Assembly: GCF_001457595.1 (NCBI RefSeq)
Contig: NZ_LN831039.1
Location: 4,710,001-4,742,000, forward strand
Reading direction: 5' to 3'
DNA: 32,000 nt
Source: Mycolicibacterium smegmatis
Lineage (GTDB): Bacteria; Actinomycetota; Actinomycetes; Mycobacteriales; Mycobacteriaceae
The notes under the pieces are model-generated. The model worked only from the letters and a program-made list of their open reading frames with translations, had not been told where the DNA came from and did not search any database. Both the position numbers and the translations under genes were made by a program. Shown in pieces: positions 1 to 10,171 of this stretch (position 1 is the first letter of the stretch; every line of letters begins with the position of its first letter).

Positions 1-59
1 GCGAAAGTTCTGTCGAGAACTCCGGCAGCTTCACATCCACGGAAAAAGTCCTCGGAGTC

Positions 60-326
60 TCAGGCCTCCGGCCGCGCAACCGGGACGATGTTGACCGTCT
101 TGCGGCCACGCTTGGCGCCGAACTCCACGGCGCCGGGAGCCAGGGCGAACAGGGTGTCGTCGCCACCGCGGCCGACGTTGACGCCCGGGTGGAAGTGGGT
201 GCCGCGCTGACGGACGAGGATCTCGCCTGCCTTCACGACCTGACCACCGAACCGCTTGACGCCGAGTCGCTGTGCTGCTGAGTCGCGACCGTTGCGAGAG
301 CTGGAAGCGCCCTTCTTGTGTGCCAT
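60..326 (-). CDS. rpmA: 50S ribosomal protein L27
   Basis: 88-aa [51 protein letters not shown]..., a classic L27 sequence; ATG at 326. Confidence 0.98.
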
Positions 327-342
327 GTCGAAACGCCTCCTA

Positions 343-654
343 CTACTTGATGCCCGTGACCTTGAGCACCGTCAGCTGCTGACGGTGACCCTGGCGCTTG
401 TGGTAGCCGGTCTTGTTCTTGAACTTGTGAATGCGGATCTTGGGGCCCTTGGTGTGCTCCAGCACCTCAGCGGTGACCGCGACCTTGGCCAGGTCGTCGG
501 CCTTGCTGGTGACGTTGGCGCCGTCGACCACCAGGGCGACGGGCAGCGACACCGACGCGCCGGGCTCGGAGTCGAGCTTCTCAACCTTCACCACGTCGCC
601 GGCGGCAACCTTGTACTGCTTGCCGCCGGTCTTGACGATTGCGTATGTCGCCAT
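343..654 (-). CDS. rplU: 50S ribosomal protein L21
   Basis: Protein from the internal ATG at 654 ([27 protein letters not shown]...) is L21. The ORF-track start at 771 is an upstream extension. Confidence 0.97.
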
Positions 655-763
655 CGTGTCCTCTGCTCTGCGGGCGCACGTCACCAGGCGGTGTGTGCGC
701 GGGTCTTGGGTGGCGGGAGGTGGTCCCACCGGCCGCCGGCCTGACCACAGGCTCTGGCGACAA

Positions 764-785
764 CTGGTCAAGGGTACGTGACCAG
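764..785. promoter_or_regulatory. Inverted repeat CTGGTCA-N8-TGACCAG in the rne-rplU intergenic region
   Basis: Perfect 7-bp arms at 764-770 and 779-785, downstream of the rne stop and about 110 bp upstream of rplU. Could be an rne terminator or part of the rplU leader. Confidence 0.35.
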
Positions 786-842
786 CGGGTAGAGGGTCAA
801 ACTGGCCCCCCTGGATCTCGCCTGAGACACCGTGATGCTCGT

Positions 843-3800
843 CTAGTCGTGGCTGGGCGGCCCCGCCGGACGTGCCGCGGCCCGGCGGCGCACCCGTGCG
901 CGCGGCGCCGTCACCGGCGGCTCGTAGACCTCCCGGACCGGCTCTTCGTCCTCATCCGAGTCCGAGTCCTCGTCTTCGTCGGAGTCGTCGTCGGAGTCAT
1001 CCGAGTCGTCGTCTTCGTCGGAGTCGTCGGAGTCGTCGGAGTCATCGGAGTCGCCGATCACCTCGATGTCCTCGTCGAGTTCGTCCTCGTCGTCGTCGAG
1101 TTCGATCTCGTCCTCGTCCGACTCGTCGTCGGATTCCTCGTCGGAATCCAGGTCCGAATCCTCATCCGAGTCGTCGAGGTCCTCGTCGCCCGCAGCCCCG
1201 ACGGCCGCGGTCACGACGTGGGCGCGCTCGTCGGCGTCGTGCTCGTCGCGCGTGTCGTCCCGGACCTCGGCCGCGGTGGTGTCCTCGGCGGTCTCGTGGT
1301 CCTCGTGGTCCTCGTGGTCCTCGTCGCCTTCGTGCTTGCCGTTGGCAGCCGCCATGGCCTTGAACATCGGATGCTCACCCGGCGTGTGGTCCGGGACCTT
1401 CGCGACGTGCACCTCTTCGGTGCGGGCGGCGCCCTTCTTCCCGCGCTTGCCGCGCCGGCCACCACCGCTGCCACCGCCGCCGCTCGAGTCGGACTTGCGC
1501 CCGCCGTTGGACGACGCGGAGTCGATGGGATCGCCGTGCAGGACGATGCCGCGCCCACCGCAGTGCGTGCACGCCGTCGAGAACGCCTCGACCAACCCGG
1601 TGCCCAGGCGCTTACGCGTGAGCTGCACCAACCCCAGCGAGGTCACCTCGGACACCTGGTGCCGCGTGCGGTCCCGCGCGAGCGCCTCGGTCAGGCGGCG
1701 CAGCACCAGATCGCGGTTGGATTCCAGGACCATGTCGATGAAGTCGATGACGACGATGCCGCCGATGTCGCGCAGCCGCAGCTGCCGCACGATCTCCTCG
1801 GCGGCCTCCAGGTTGTTGCGCGTCACGGTCTGCTCGAGGTTGCCGCCCGACCCGGTGAACTTGCCGGTGTTGACGTCGACGACGGTCATGGCCTCGGTGC
1901 GGTCGATCACCAGGGTGCCGCCCGAGGGCAGCCACACCTTGCGGTCCATGGCCTTCGCGAGCTGCTCGTCGATGCGGTGCACCGCGAACACGTCGGGTGC
2001 GTCGGGTCCCGCGGGCTCGTACTTGGTGAGCCGTGGCATGAGGTCGGGCGCGACGGCCTCTACGTAGGAGTTGATGGTGTTCCAGGCCTCGTCGCCGGAG
2101 ACGATCAGGCTGGAGAAGTCCTCGTTGAACAGGTCGCGGATCACCTTGACCAGCACGTCGGGCTCTTCGTAGAGCGCCACGGCGGCGCCGGCCTTCTTCT
2201 CGGTGACCTCGGCGGCCTTGGCCTCGATCTCGGACCAGCGCTTCTGGAGCCGTTCGACGTCGGAGCGGATGTCCTCTTCCTTGACGCCCTCCGAGGCCGT
2301 GCGGATGATCACGCCTGCATCAGACGGAACCACCTCACGCAGGATCTCCTTGAGACGCTGACGCTCGGTGTCGGGAAGCTTGCGGCTGATGCCGGTGGAC
2401 GACGCGCCGGGCACGTACACCAGATAGCGGCCGGCCAGCGACACCTGCGTGGTGAGGCGGGCGCCCTTGTGGCCGACGGGGTCCTTGCTGACCTGCACGA
2501 CGACGTAGTCGCCCGGCTTGAGCGCCTGCTCGATCTTACGGTTCTGCCCGCCCAGACCGGCAGCCTCCCAGTTCACCTCACCGGCGTAGAGCACGCCGTT
2601 GCGGCCGCGGCCGATGTCGACGAACGCGGCCTCCATGGACGGCAGCACGTTCTGGACGATGCCCAGGTAGATGTTGCCCACCAGCGAAGCAGAGGCCGCC
2701 GACGTCACGAAGTGCTCGACCACCACGCCGTCTTCGAGCACGGCGATCTGCGTGTAGCGCGCACCCTCGTGCGGCGGTTCGGTGCGCACCTTGTCGCGCA
2801 CGATCATGGTGCGTTCGACGGCCTCGCGGCGGGCCAGGAACTCGGCCTCGCTCAGGATCGGCGGGCGGCGGCGGCCGGCGTCGCGGCCGTCGCGCCGACG
2901 CTGACGCTTGGCCTCCAGCCGCGTGGAGCCGCTGATGCCCTGGATCTCGGAGTCGTCGCTCTTGTCGCTGCGCTCGGTCCGCGGGGCGCGCTCGTGGACG
3001 ACGGTGTTCGGCGGGTCGTCAGGCGAGACGGCGTCGTCGCTGTCGCCCGAGCCGCTCTTGCGCCGCCTGCGGCGACGGCGCCTGCGGGTGCCGCCCTCGG
3101 TGGTGGTGCTGTCCTCGTCGCCGCTGTCGTCGGAGTCCTCGGAGTCCTCACCTGACTCCTGCTCGTCACCGTCGGTCTGATCGTCGGTGGAGTCGGTGTC
3201 GGCGTCCGATGTGGCGTCGTCGTTCTGCTCGCCACGGCCACGCCCTCGTCCGCGACGGCCACGGCGGCGCCGGCGCGGCCGGTCGGCCTGGTCGTCGTCG
3301 GAGTCGGAGTCGGCCCCGGAATCGAAATCGGATTCGGCACCGGTCTCGGTGTCGTCGTCCTCGTCCTCGTCGTCGACGACGGCGGGCTCGAAGCTCACGG
3401 GCTGCGGCGCCACGAACAGCGGCAGGTAGTCGGGGCGCTCGGTCTGCGTCTCGCGGGCCGGCGGGATGTTGGCGTGCTCCAGGATGAGCCGCGACTCGGG
3501 TTCGTCACCCACGAGGACTGCGCCGCGGAACGTGGGCTCCGGGGTCTCGGCTTCGTCCGCGACCTCGGTTTCGGCCTCGGCTTCGGCCTCGGCTGCGGGA
3601 GCTTCGGGTTCGGCAGGTTCGGCAGGCCCGGCCTCGGAGACCGTCACGACCTCGACCTGCTCGGCTTGCACCACGACCAGATCGGCCACGGGCGTCTCCG
3701 CCGCGGGCGCTTCTGCTGCGGGCGCTTCTTCGGGGGCGTCTCCGCTGCGGGGGACTCGGTGAGCGCCGCGCGGACCCGCTCGGCGTCGGCCTTGTCGACC

Positions 3801-3970
3801 GTCGAATGGGCGCTGCGCTGGCGCCCGTCGAACTCGGCCAGGGCGTCGAGCACGCGCCGACTGGTGGTGCCCAGGACACGGGCCAGTGAATGGACTCTCA
3901 GACGCTCTGGGAGTCCCTCCTGCTGGGGAGTCTGGGTTGATAGGTCTTCGGTATGGGCATCTTCGGCCAC
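843..3970 (-). CDS. rne: Ribonuclease E/G, with an apparent -1 nt frameshift near 3732-3753
   Basis: The main frame encodes the RNase E/G catalytic region ([28 protein letters not shown]..., [17 protein letters not shown]). The N-terminus is in another frame (ORF 3644..3970, [44 protein letters not shown]...), starting at GTG 3970 with GAGGAG just upstream. Confidence 0.93.
940..1180 (-). repeat. Low-complexity Asp/Ser/Glu-codon tract in the rne C-terminal region
   Basis: Imperfect gtc-gtc-gga-gtc type repeats encoding [35 protein letters not shown]. Confidence 0.7.
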
Positions 3971-3981
3971 GAATTCTCCTC

Positions 3982-4023
3982 AAGCCCCCGGGCGCGTCGT
4001 ACGACGCGGCCACGCGAGGGCTT
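3982..4023 (-). promoter_or_regulatory. Candidate nested hairpin immediately 5' of the rne ribosome-binding site
   Basis: Perfect 16-bp palindrome CGCGTCGTACGACGCG (3993-4008) enclosed by AAGCCC (3982-3987) and GGGCTT (4018-4023). The SD GAGGAG and GTG start follow directly. Confidence 0.5.
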
Positions 4024-4274
4024 CCGCTATTGGCCCGGGCTACGTTCCCCGGACTTGTTGTGGTCTCGCTCCGAGCGGTCCGCTGTCGAACCCACCCGGT
4101 GCCTGGCTGAATGATGGCTGGACGGTCGGCGCCGCACCGGTTTGCGGTGGTCGCGCACGTCGAAGTCTTCATTCGGGTGCTCAGCCCCGGTTGAGGCCGC
4201 TCACCCGCACCCAGTATCCCACATCACTGGCGTCCGACCGACCAGACTGCGAATAGCCCTCGTATCGAGACCGC

Positions 4275-4319
4275 AAAACGGCCCCGGAGGCGGTCCGCTG
4301 ACCGGCTCCGGGGCCGTTT
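4275..4319 (-). terminator. Rho-independent terminator downstream of ndk
   Basis: Perfect 13-bp arms AAACGGCCCCGGA (4276-4288) and TCCGGGGCCGTTT (4307-4319). On the minus strand the stem ends in a short T run. Confidence 0.75.
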
Positions 4320-4367
4320 CGGAAGTGGATCTGGACTTGGATTTGTCGTGGATTCAGGCCGCCAGGA

Positions 4368-4787
4368 TCAGGCGGTGGCCTCGCCGGGGAACCACAGGGC
4401 GATCTCGCGGGCCGCCGACTCGGGCGAATCGGAACCGTGCACGAGATTGTCCTGCGTGATGAGGGCGAAGTCACCGCGGATGGTGCCGGGGACGGCCTTC
4501 TCGACCGGATCGGTGCCGCCCGCGATCTGACGGAACGCCGCCACCGCGCGCGGGCCCTCGACGATCGCCGCGACGAGCGGGCCCGACGTGATGAACTCGA
4601 GCAGGGATCCGAAGAACGGCTTGTCGGCGTGCTCGGCGTAGTGCTGACGCGCGAGGTCGTCGCTGACGTTCTTGAGCTCGAGGGCGGCCAGTGTCAGGCC
4701 CTTGCGTTCGATCCGGCTGAGGATCTCCCCCACGAGTTGGCGCTTCACACCGTCCGGCTTGATAAGTACGAGGGTCCGCTCAGTCAC
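4368..4787 (-). CDS. ndk: Nucleoside diphosphate kinase
   Basis: 139 aa, [30 protein letters not shown]..., active-site region [20 protein letters not shown]. Confidence 0.98.
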   Translation of the reverse strand: MTERTLVLIKPDGVKRQLVGEILSRIERKGLTLAALELKNVSDDLARQHYAEHADKPFFGSLLEFITSGPLVAAIVEGPRAVAAFRQIAGGTDPVEKAVPGTIRGDFALITQDNLVHGSDSPESAAREIALWFPGEATA

Positions 4788-4872
4788 GGCAGAGAGCGTA
4801 CCGGGCGGTAACGAATTTTCGCGAATATGCCCCCGAGCTGGCTTTTTGAACCGGGCGCCGGCTGGTTGCCGC

Positions 4873-5277
4873 CTATTCGGCGGGGCGTTGCTGCCCGGGG
4901 AGCAGGCCCCGCTCCTGCCTGCGCTTGACCTCGTGGCGCAGGTAGACGATCAGCAGCCACACCACCAGGAACACCACGCCGATGAAGCCGATGCCCCCGT
5001 GGAACACCGCACCGGCGATCACGGGCACCTGCATCCCCAGGTTTGCCCACAGCGCCCACGGCCTGCCCTGCACGCCGCACATGAGGATCAGCACGACCGC
5101 GAGCCCGATCAGGTAGCCGCCCGCGGCCGCCGACAGTCCACCGACCGCCACGACCGGCAAGGCGAGCAGCACCACGATGGCCTCCAGGATGAGGCATGCC
5201 GCCATGACGCCGCGGAAGCTCTTCCAGGGATCCTTCGCGGGTGCCGGCTCGTTGTCGGGTGCTTGGTTCTCACTCAT
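4873..5277 (-). CDS. DUF4233 domain-containing membrane protein
   Basis: 134 aa with several hydrophobic segments, located next to folC as in other mycobacteria. Start overlaps the folC stop (ATGA). Confidence 0.8.
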   Translation of the reverse strand: MSENQAPDNEPAPAKDPWKSFRGVMAACLILEAIVVLLALPVVAVGGLSAAAGGYLIGLAVVLILMCGVQGRPWALWANLGMQVPVIAGAVFHGGIGFIGVVFLVVWLLIVYLRHEVKRRQERGLLPGQQRPAE

Positions 5278-6683
5278 TGCGGATCCCGTCCGAAGAGGGT
5301 TCTGGCCGCGCCCGCGGTCACCACCGAACCGGTGATGACCATGCCCGCGCCGGACATCGAGTCGGACTCGGCGCCGGCTTCCTCGACGAGGGCCGTCGCG
5401 GTCTCGATGGCGTCGGGCAGGGTCGTGGCGGTGATCACGCGTTCAGGGCCGAAGCGTTCCTCGGCGCGCATCGCCAGCGATTCGACGTCGAGGGCGCGCG
5501 GCGAGCCGTTGTGCGTGACCACGATCTGGTCGAACGCGGGTTCCAGCGCGGTGAGGATGCCGTCGACGTCCTTGTCACCCATCACCGACACCACACCCAC
5601 CAGATGGCGGAAGTCGAACTCCTCCTGCAGGGTCTGCGCGAGAGCGGCGGCACCGGCCGGGTTGTGCGCGGCATCGATGAACACCGTTGGCGCGCTGCGC
5701 ATCCGTTCCATCCGGCCGGGGCTGCGCACGGCCGCGAACCCGGCGCGCACGGCCTCGACGTCGAGCTGACGGTCGGCCCCGGCGCCGAAGAACGCCTCGA
5801 CCGCGGCCAGCGCGAGGACCGCGTTGTGCGCCTGATGCTCGCCGTGCAGCGGCAGGAAGATCTCGGGGTACACGCCACCGAGGCCCTGCAATTCCAGCAG
5901 TTGACCGCCGATGGCGACCTGCCTCCCCAGCACCGCGAACTCGGAATCCTCGCGGGCCACCGCGGCGTCGGCGCGTACGGCCTCGGCCAGCAGCACCTCC
6001 ATGGCGGCGGGGTCCTGCTTCCCGATCACCGCGACGGTGTCGGTGGGCACCAGGTCTTCGGGCTGGCGGGTGATGATGCCCGCCTTCTCCCCCGCGATCG
6101 CGTCGATCGTGTCGCCCAGGTAGTCGGTGTGGTCCAGGCCGATCGGGGTGATCACCGCGACCGGGGCGTTGACGACGTTGGTCGCGTCCCAGCGCCCGCC
6201 CATGCCGACCTCGACGACCGCGACGTCGATCGGCGCATCGGCGAACGCCGCGAAGGCCATCGCCGTGAGCACCTCGAACTTGCTCATCTTGGGGCCGCCT
6301 GCAGCCTCGGACTGCTGGTCGACCAGCTGCACGAACGGTTCGATCTCGGTGTAGGTGGCCACGTACTGCGCGGGCGAGATCGGTTTGCCGTCAATGGATA
6401 TTCGTTCGACGGCCGACTGCAGGTGCGGGCTGGTGGTGCGCCCGGTCCTGCGGTGCAGCGCCATGAGCAACGCGTCGATGATGCGGCACACCGAGGTCTT
6501 GCCGTTGGTGCCCGCGACGTGGATCGACGGGTACGCGCGCTGCGGTGACCCGAGCAGTTCGAGCAACGCCGCGATGCGTGTGGTGCTCGGCTCCAGTTTG
6601 GTCTCCGGCCACCGCTGGTCGAGGAGGTGCTCGACCTGCAGCAGCGCGGCGACCTCGTCCGGCGCTGGGACCGGATCGGTCAT
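5274..6683 (-). CDS. folC: Bifunctional folylpolyglutamate synthase/dihydrofolate synthase
   Basis: 469 aa; [42 protein letters not shown] and [14 protein letters not shown] motifs. Confidence 0.95.
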   Translation of the reverse strand: MTDPVPAPDEVAALLQVEHLLDQRWPETKLEPSTTRIAALLELLGSPQRAYPSIHVAGTNGKTSVCRIIDALLMALHRRTGRTTSPHLQSAVERISIDGKPISPAQYVATYTEIEPFVQLVDQQSEAAGGPKMSKFEVLTAMAFAAFADAPIDVAVVEVGMGGRWDATNVVNAPVAVITPIGLDHTDYLGDTIDAIAGEKAGIITRQPEDLVPTDTVAVIGKQDPAAMEVLLAEAVRADAAVAREDSEFAVLGRQVAIGGQLLELQGLGGVYPEIFLPLHGEHQAHNAVLALAAVEAFFGAGADRQLDVEAVRAGFAAVRSPGRMERMRSAPTVFIDAAHNPAGAAALAQTLQEEFDFRHLVGVVSVMGDKDVDGILTALEPAFDQIVVTHNGSPRALDVESLAMRAEERFGPERVITATTLPDAIETATALVEEAGAESDSMSGAGMVITGSVVTAGAARTLFGRDPQ

Positions 6684-9331
6684 TTGAGGCCAGCCAGGCG
6701 CGCGGTGATGCGTTCGACCTCTTCACTGGCCAGGGCTTGCCTGCCCCGGATCTTGTCGACCACCTGGGCGGGCGCCTTGGACAGGAAGGCCTCGTTGCCG
6801 AGTTTGGCCGTGGTGGTGGCCAGTTCCTTCTGGGCGACCGCCAGATCCTTTTCGAGCCTGCGCCGTTCGGCCTCGACGTCGACAGTGCCCGACGTGTCGA
6901 CCTCGACCACGACGGTGCCCTGTGACAGGCGCACCTCGACCGACGCCGACGGGCTGAACCCGTCGCCGGCCTCGGTGAGCCACGCGAGCGCGGCGACGGC
7001 GGGCAGCTGCGCGGTCAAACCGGCCGCCTCGACGTCGGTGAGCCGCGCAGGCACCTTCTGGCGGTCGGCCAGGCCCTGGTCGCTGCGGAACCGGCGCACC
7101 TCGGTGATGAGCTTCTGCATATCGGTGATGCGTTGTGTCGCAACGGTGTCCAGCGCGAACCCGGAGGGCTCGGGCCACGTCGCGACCACCACCGACTCAC
7201 CGCCGGTGAGCGTCTTCCACAGGGTCTCCGTGACGAACGGCATCACCGGGTGCAAAAGCTTGAGCAACGTGTCGAGCACGGCCGCGAGCACCGCAGTAGT
7301 ATGCGTGAGACCTTGTCCCAGTTGCACTTTCGCGAGCTCCACGTACCAGTCGCAGAACTCGTCCCAGGCGAAGTGGTACAGCGCCTCGCAGGCCCGGTTG
7401 AACTCGTAGTTGTCGAAGGCCGAATCAACCTCGGCGCGAACCTCTTCCAGCCGGCCCAGGATCCAGCGGTCGGCGTCGGTGAGCTCGGACGCGGCAGGCA
7501 GCGGCGCCGGTGCAGCGCCGTTCATCAACGCGAACCGGGTCGCGTTGAACAACTTGGTGGCGAAGTTGCGGGAGGCGCGTGCGTGGTCCTCGCCGATCGA
7601 CAGGTCACCGCCGGGGCTCGCGCCGCGCGCCAGGGTGAACCGCAGTGCGTCGGCGCCGAACTTCTCGACCCAGTCCAGCGGGTCGATGCCGTTGCCGCGC
7701 GATTTGCTCATCTTGCGGCCGAACTCGTCGCGGATCAGGCCGTGCAGGAAGACGTTCTCGAACGGCACCTGCCTGCCGCGCGCACCTTCGAGGGTGACCG
7801 CGGGGTCGTCGCCCACGAACGTGCCGAACATCATCATCCGGGCCACCCAGAAGAACAGGATGTCGTAGCCCGTCACCAGCACCGAGGTGGGATAGAACTT
7901 GGCCAGCTCAGGCGTGTGGTCGGGCCAGCCCATGGTCGAGAAGGGCCACAGCGCCGAGGAGAACCACGTGTCGAGGACGTCGGGATCCTGCTCCCAGCCC
8001 TCCGGCGGGGTCTCGTCCGGGCCGACGCACACGGTCTCCCCATCGGGACCGTGCCAGATCGGGATCCGGTGTCCCCACCACAACTGCCGCGAGATGCACC
8101 AATCGTGCATGTTGTCGACCCACGCGAACCAGCGCGGCTCCAGGCTCGGCGGGTGGATCACGGTGTCGCCGTTGCGCACCGCGTCACCCGCGGCCTTGGC
8201 GAGCGACTCGACCTTGACCCACCACTGCAGGCTCAGGCGCGGCTCGATGGGCTCGCCGCTGCGTTCGGAGTGCCCGACGCTGTGCAGGTACGGGCGCTTC
8301 TCGGCGACGATGCGCCCCTGCGCGGCGAGCGCCTCGCGCACCTTGACGCGGGCTTCGAAGCGGTCCATGCCGTCGAACTGCGTGCCGGTGTCGGCGATGC
8401 GGCCCTTGGTATCCATGATCGTCGGCATCGGCAGGCCGTGGCGCATGCCGATCTCGAAGTCGTTCGGATCGTGTGCCGGCGTGACTTTCACTGCGCCGGT
8501 GCCGAATTCGGGATCGACGTGGGTGTCGGCGACGATCACCATGTCACGGTCGACGAACGGGTGCGGCAGGGTCTTGCCCACCAGGTGCCGGTACCGCTCG
8601 TCGTCGGGGTGCACCGCGATGGCGGTGTCGCCAAGCATGGTCTCCACACGGGTGGTGGCCACCACGATGTGCGGTTCGTCGTCGTTCATCGAGCCGTAGC
8701 GGAACGACACGAGCTCGCCCTCGACGTCTTCGTACTTGACCTCGAGGTCGCTGATCGCGGTCTCGAGCACCGGCGACCAGTTGACCAGCCGCTCGGCCTG
8801 ATAGATCAGCCCGGCGTCGAACAGCCGCTTGAAGATCGTGCGCACGGCGCGCGACAGACCTTCGTCCATGGTGAAGCGGTCACGGCTCCAGTCGACACCG
8901 TCGCCGAGGCGGCGCATCTGTCCGCCGATGGTGCCGCCGGACTCGCGCTTCCAGTCCCACACCTTGGCGACGAACTCCTCGCGGCCGAGGTCTTCCTTGG
9001 TCTTGCCGTCGGCGGCGAGCTGCTTCTCCACGACGGTTTGCGTCGCGATGCCGGCATGGTCCATACCCGGCAGCCACAGCACCTCGTAGCCCTGCATGCG
9101 CTTGCGGCGGGTCAGCACGTCCATCAGCGTGTGGTCGAGCGCGTGGCCCATGTGCAGGCTGCCGGTGACGTTGGGCGGTGGCAGCACGATCGAGTAGGGC
9201 GGCTTGTCGCTCGCGGGATCGGCGGTGAAGTATCCGGCGTCGACCCAGCCCTGGTACAGCTCGGCTTCTACCGCGCCCGGATCCCAGGACTTCGGGAGGG
9301 CATCGGCACGGTTCTCAGGACTGGCGGTCAC
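6680..9331 (-). CDS. valS: Valyl-tRNA synthetase
   Basis: 883 aa; [18 protein letters not shown] (HIGH region), [16 protein letters not shown] (KMSKS), C-terminal coiled coil. GTG start at 9331. Confidence 0.98.
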   Translation of the reverse strand: MTASPENRADALPKSWDPGAVEAELYQGWVDAGYFTADPASDKPPYSIVLPPPNVTGSLHMGHALDHTLMDVLTRRKRMQGYEVLWLPGMDHAGIATQTVVEKQLAADGKTKEDLGREEFVAKVWDWKRESGGTIGGQMRRLGDGVDWSRDRFTMDEGLSRAVRTIFKRLFDAGLIYQAERLVNWSPVLETAISDLEVKYEDVEGELVSFRYGSMNDDEPHIVVATTRVETMLGDTAIAVHPDDERYRHLVGKTLPHPFVDRDMVIVADTHVDPEFGTGAVKVTPAHDPNDFEIGMRHGLPMPTIMDTKGRIADTGTQFDGMDRFEARVKVREALAAQGRIVAEKRPYLHSVGHSERSGEPIEPRLSLQWWVKVESLAKAAGDAVRNGDTVIHPPSLEPRWFAWVDNMHDWCISRQLWWGHRIPIWHGPDGETVCVGPDETPPEGWEQDPDVLDTWFSSALWPFSTMGWPDHTPELAKFYPTSVLVTGYDILFFWVARMMMFGTFVGDDPAVTLEGARGRQVPFENVFLHGLIRDEFGRKMSKSRGNGIDPLDWVEKFGADALRFTLARGASPGGDLSIGEDHARASRNFATKLFNATRFALMNGAAPAPLPAASELTDADRWILGRLEEVRAEVDSAFDNYEFNRACEALYHFAWDEFCDWYVELAKVQLGQGLTHTTAVLAAVLDTLLKLLHPVMPFVTETLWKTLTGGESVVVATWPEPSGFALDTVATQRITDMQKLITEVRRFRSDQGLADRQKVPARLTDVEAAGLTAQLPAVAALAWLTEAGDGFSPSASVEVRLSQGTVVVEVDTSGTVDVEAERRRLEKDLAVAQKELATTTAKLGNEAFLSKAPAQVVDKIRGRQALASEEVERITARLAGLK

Positions 9332-9367
9332 CGCGCCATTCTATGAAGAGCGGGGGCCGATGAGCGA

Positions 9368-9409
9368 AAGCCCCCGTCGCCCGAGCGTTCGCTGGGTAAC
9401 AGGGGGCTT
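9368..9409 (-). terminator. Possible terminator between the DUF937 gene and valS
   Basis: Perfect 8-bp arms AAGCCCCC (9368-9375) and GGGGGCTT (9402-9409). Confidence 0.4.
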
Positions 9410-9436
9410 CCGAGATGACGCGAAAAGTGATGCGGG

Positions 9437-10051
9437 CTACTTCTTGCCGCCGAGCAGACCGCCGAGGATCTCACCGATGGCATTGCCCTGACCGCCGCCG
9501 AGCACGCTGCCGAGGATGCTGCCCAGCGGGTTGTTGTTGGCGCTCTGGTTGGCCTGCTGGCCGCCGGAAGCCATACCGCCGAGGATGCTGCCGAGGATGT
9601 CGGCCAGGCCGCCGCCGGACGCCTGCTGCTGCGCCGGGGCGTTCTGCTGCGAGAACTGCTTGCCGATGTAGGCGAGCACGATCGGCGCGAGGATCGGCAG
9701 GACCTTCTTGATCAGGTCGCCGTTGCCCGCGCCGGTTCCAGCCAGCGCGGAGGCGACGGCGTTGCTGTCGTTGCCGCCGAACAGGTGGGCCACGAGGTTG
9801 TCGCCCTGCTTCTCGTCGACGTCGTCGACGTTGACGCCGCCGTCGAGCAGACCGCTGGCGGCCTGCTCGGTGACCGCGGACTCCAGCGGAGCCGAGTCGA
9901 TGTCATCGGCGGCGACGTTCTGCTGCAGACCGCCGACGAGCGCGGGAACCAGGGTCTTGATGGCCGCGGTCACCTCGCCTTCGTCTGCTCCGACTTTGTT
10001 GGCGATGTCCGCCACCGGGATCTGGGCGAACAGTTCGTCGAGACCGGCCAT
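9437..10051 (-). CDS. DUF937 domain-containing protein
   Basis: Likely start MAGLDELFAQIPVADIANKVGADEGEVTAAIKTLVPALVGGLQQNV..., Gly/Gln-rich tail GSILGSVLGGGQGNAIGEILGGLLGGKK. Confidence 0.8.
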   Translation of the reverse strand: MAGLDELFAQIPVADIANKVGADEGEVTAAIKTLVPALVGGLQQNVAADDIDSAPLESAVTEQAASGLLDGGVNVDDVDEKQGDNLVAHLFGGNDSNAVASALAGTGAGNGDLIKKVLPILAPIVLAYIGKQFSQQNAPAQQQASGGGLADILGSILGGMASGGQQANQSANNNPLGSILGSVLGGGQGNAIGEILGGLLGGKK

Positions 10052-10171
10052 GATTGTTCCCACCTTCGTTGCTGGTGTGTTTGCGTACTCGGCGATGACA
10101 CTAGTCCACACGGCCCGCTGTCACGCGCCTTCGACGCGGCCAGATCCATATTGCGGCAACGCCCGTGCGCA

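Noticed and set aside
6-21. AGTTCT-GTCG-AGAACT hairpin at the window edge
   Set aside because: Six-bp arms near the truncated window edge, without enough context to assign a role.
1066-1110. Poly-Ser plus-strand ORF/CRISPR-like repetition near 1.0 kb
   Set aside because: The repetition is short-period codon repetition of the acidic rne tail, with no direct-repeat/spacer structure, so it is not a CRISPR.
639-3155. 838-aa plus-strand ORF opposite rne
   Set aside because: It mirrors the GC-rich rne codons, is rich in R/V/D/G without domain patterns and covers several genes. Artifact of high third-position GC.
7133-9346. 737-aa plus-strand ORF opposite valS
   Set aside because: Lies antisense to a certain valS over nearly its full length, with no recognisable domain.
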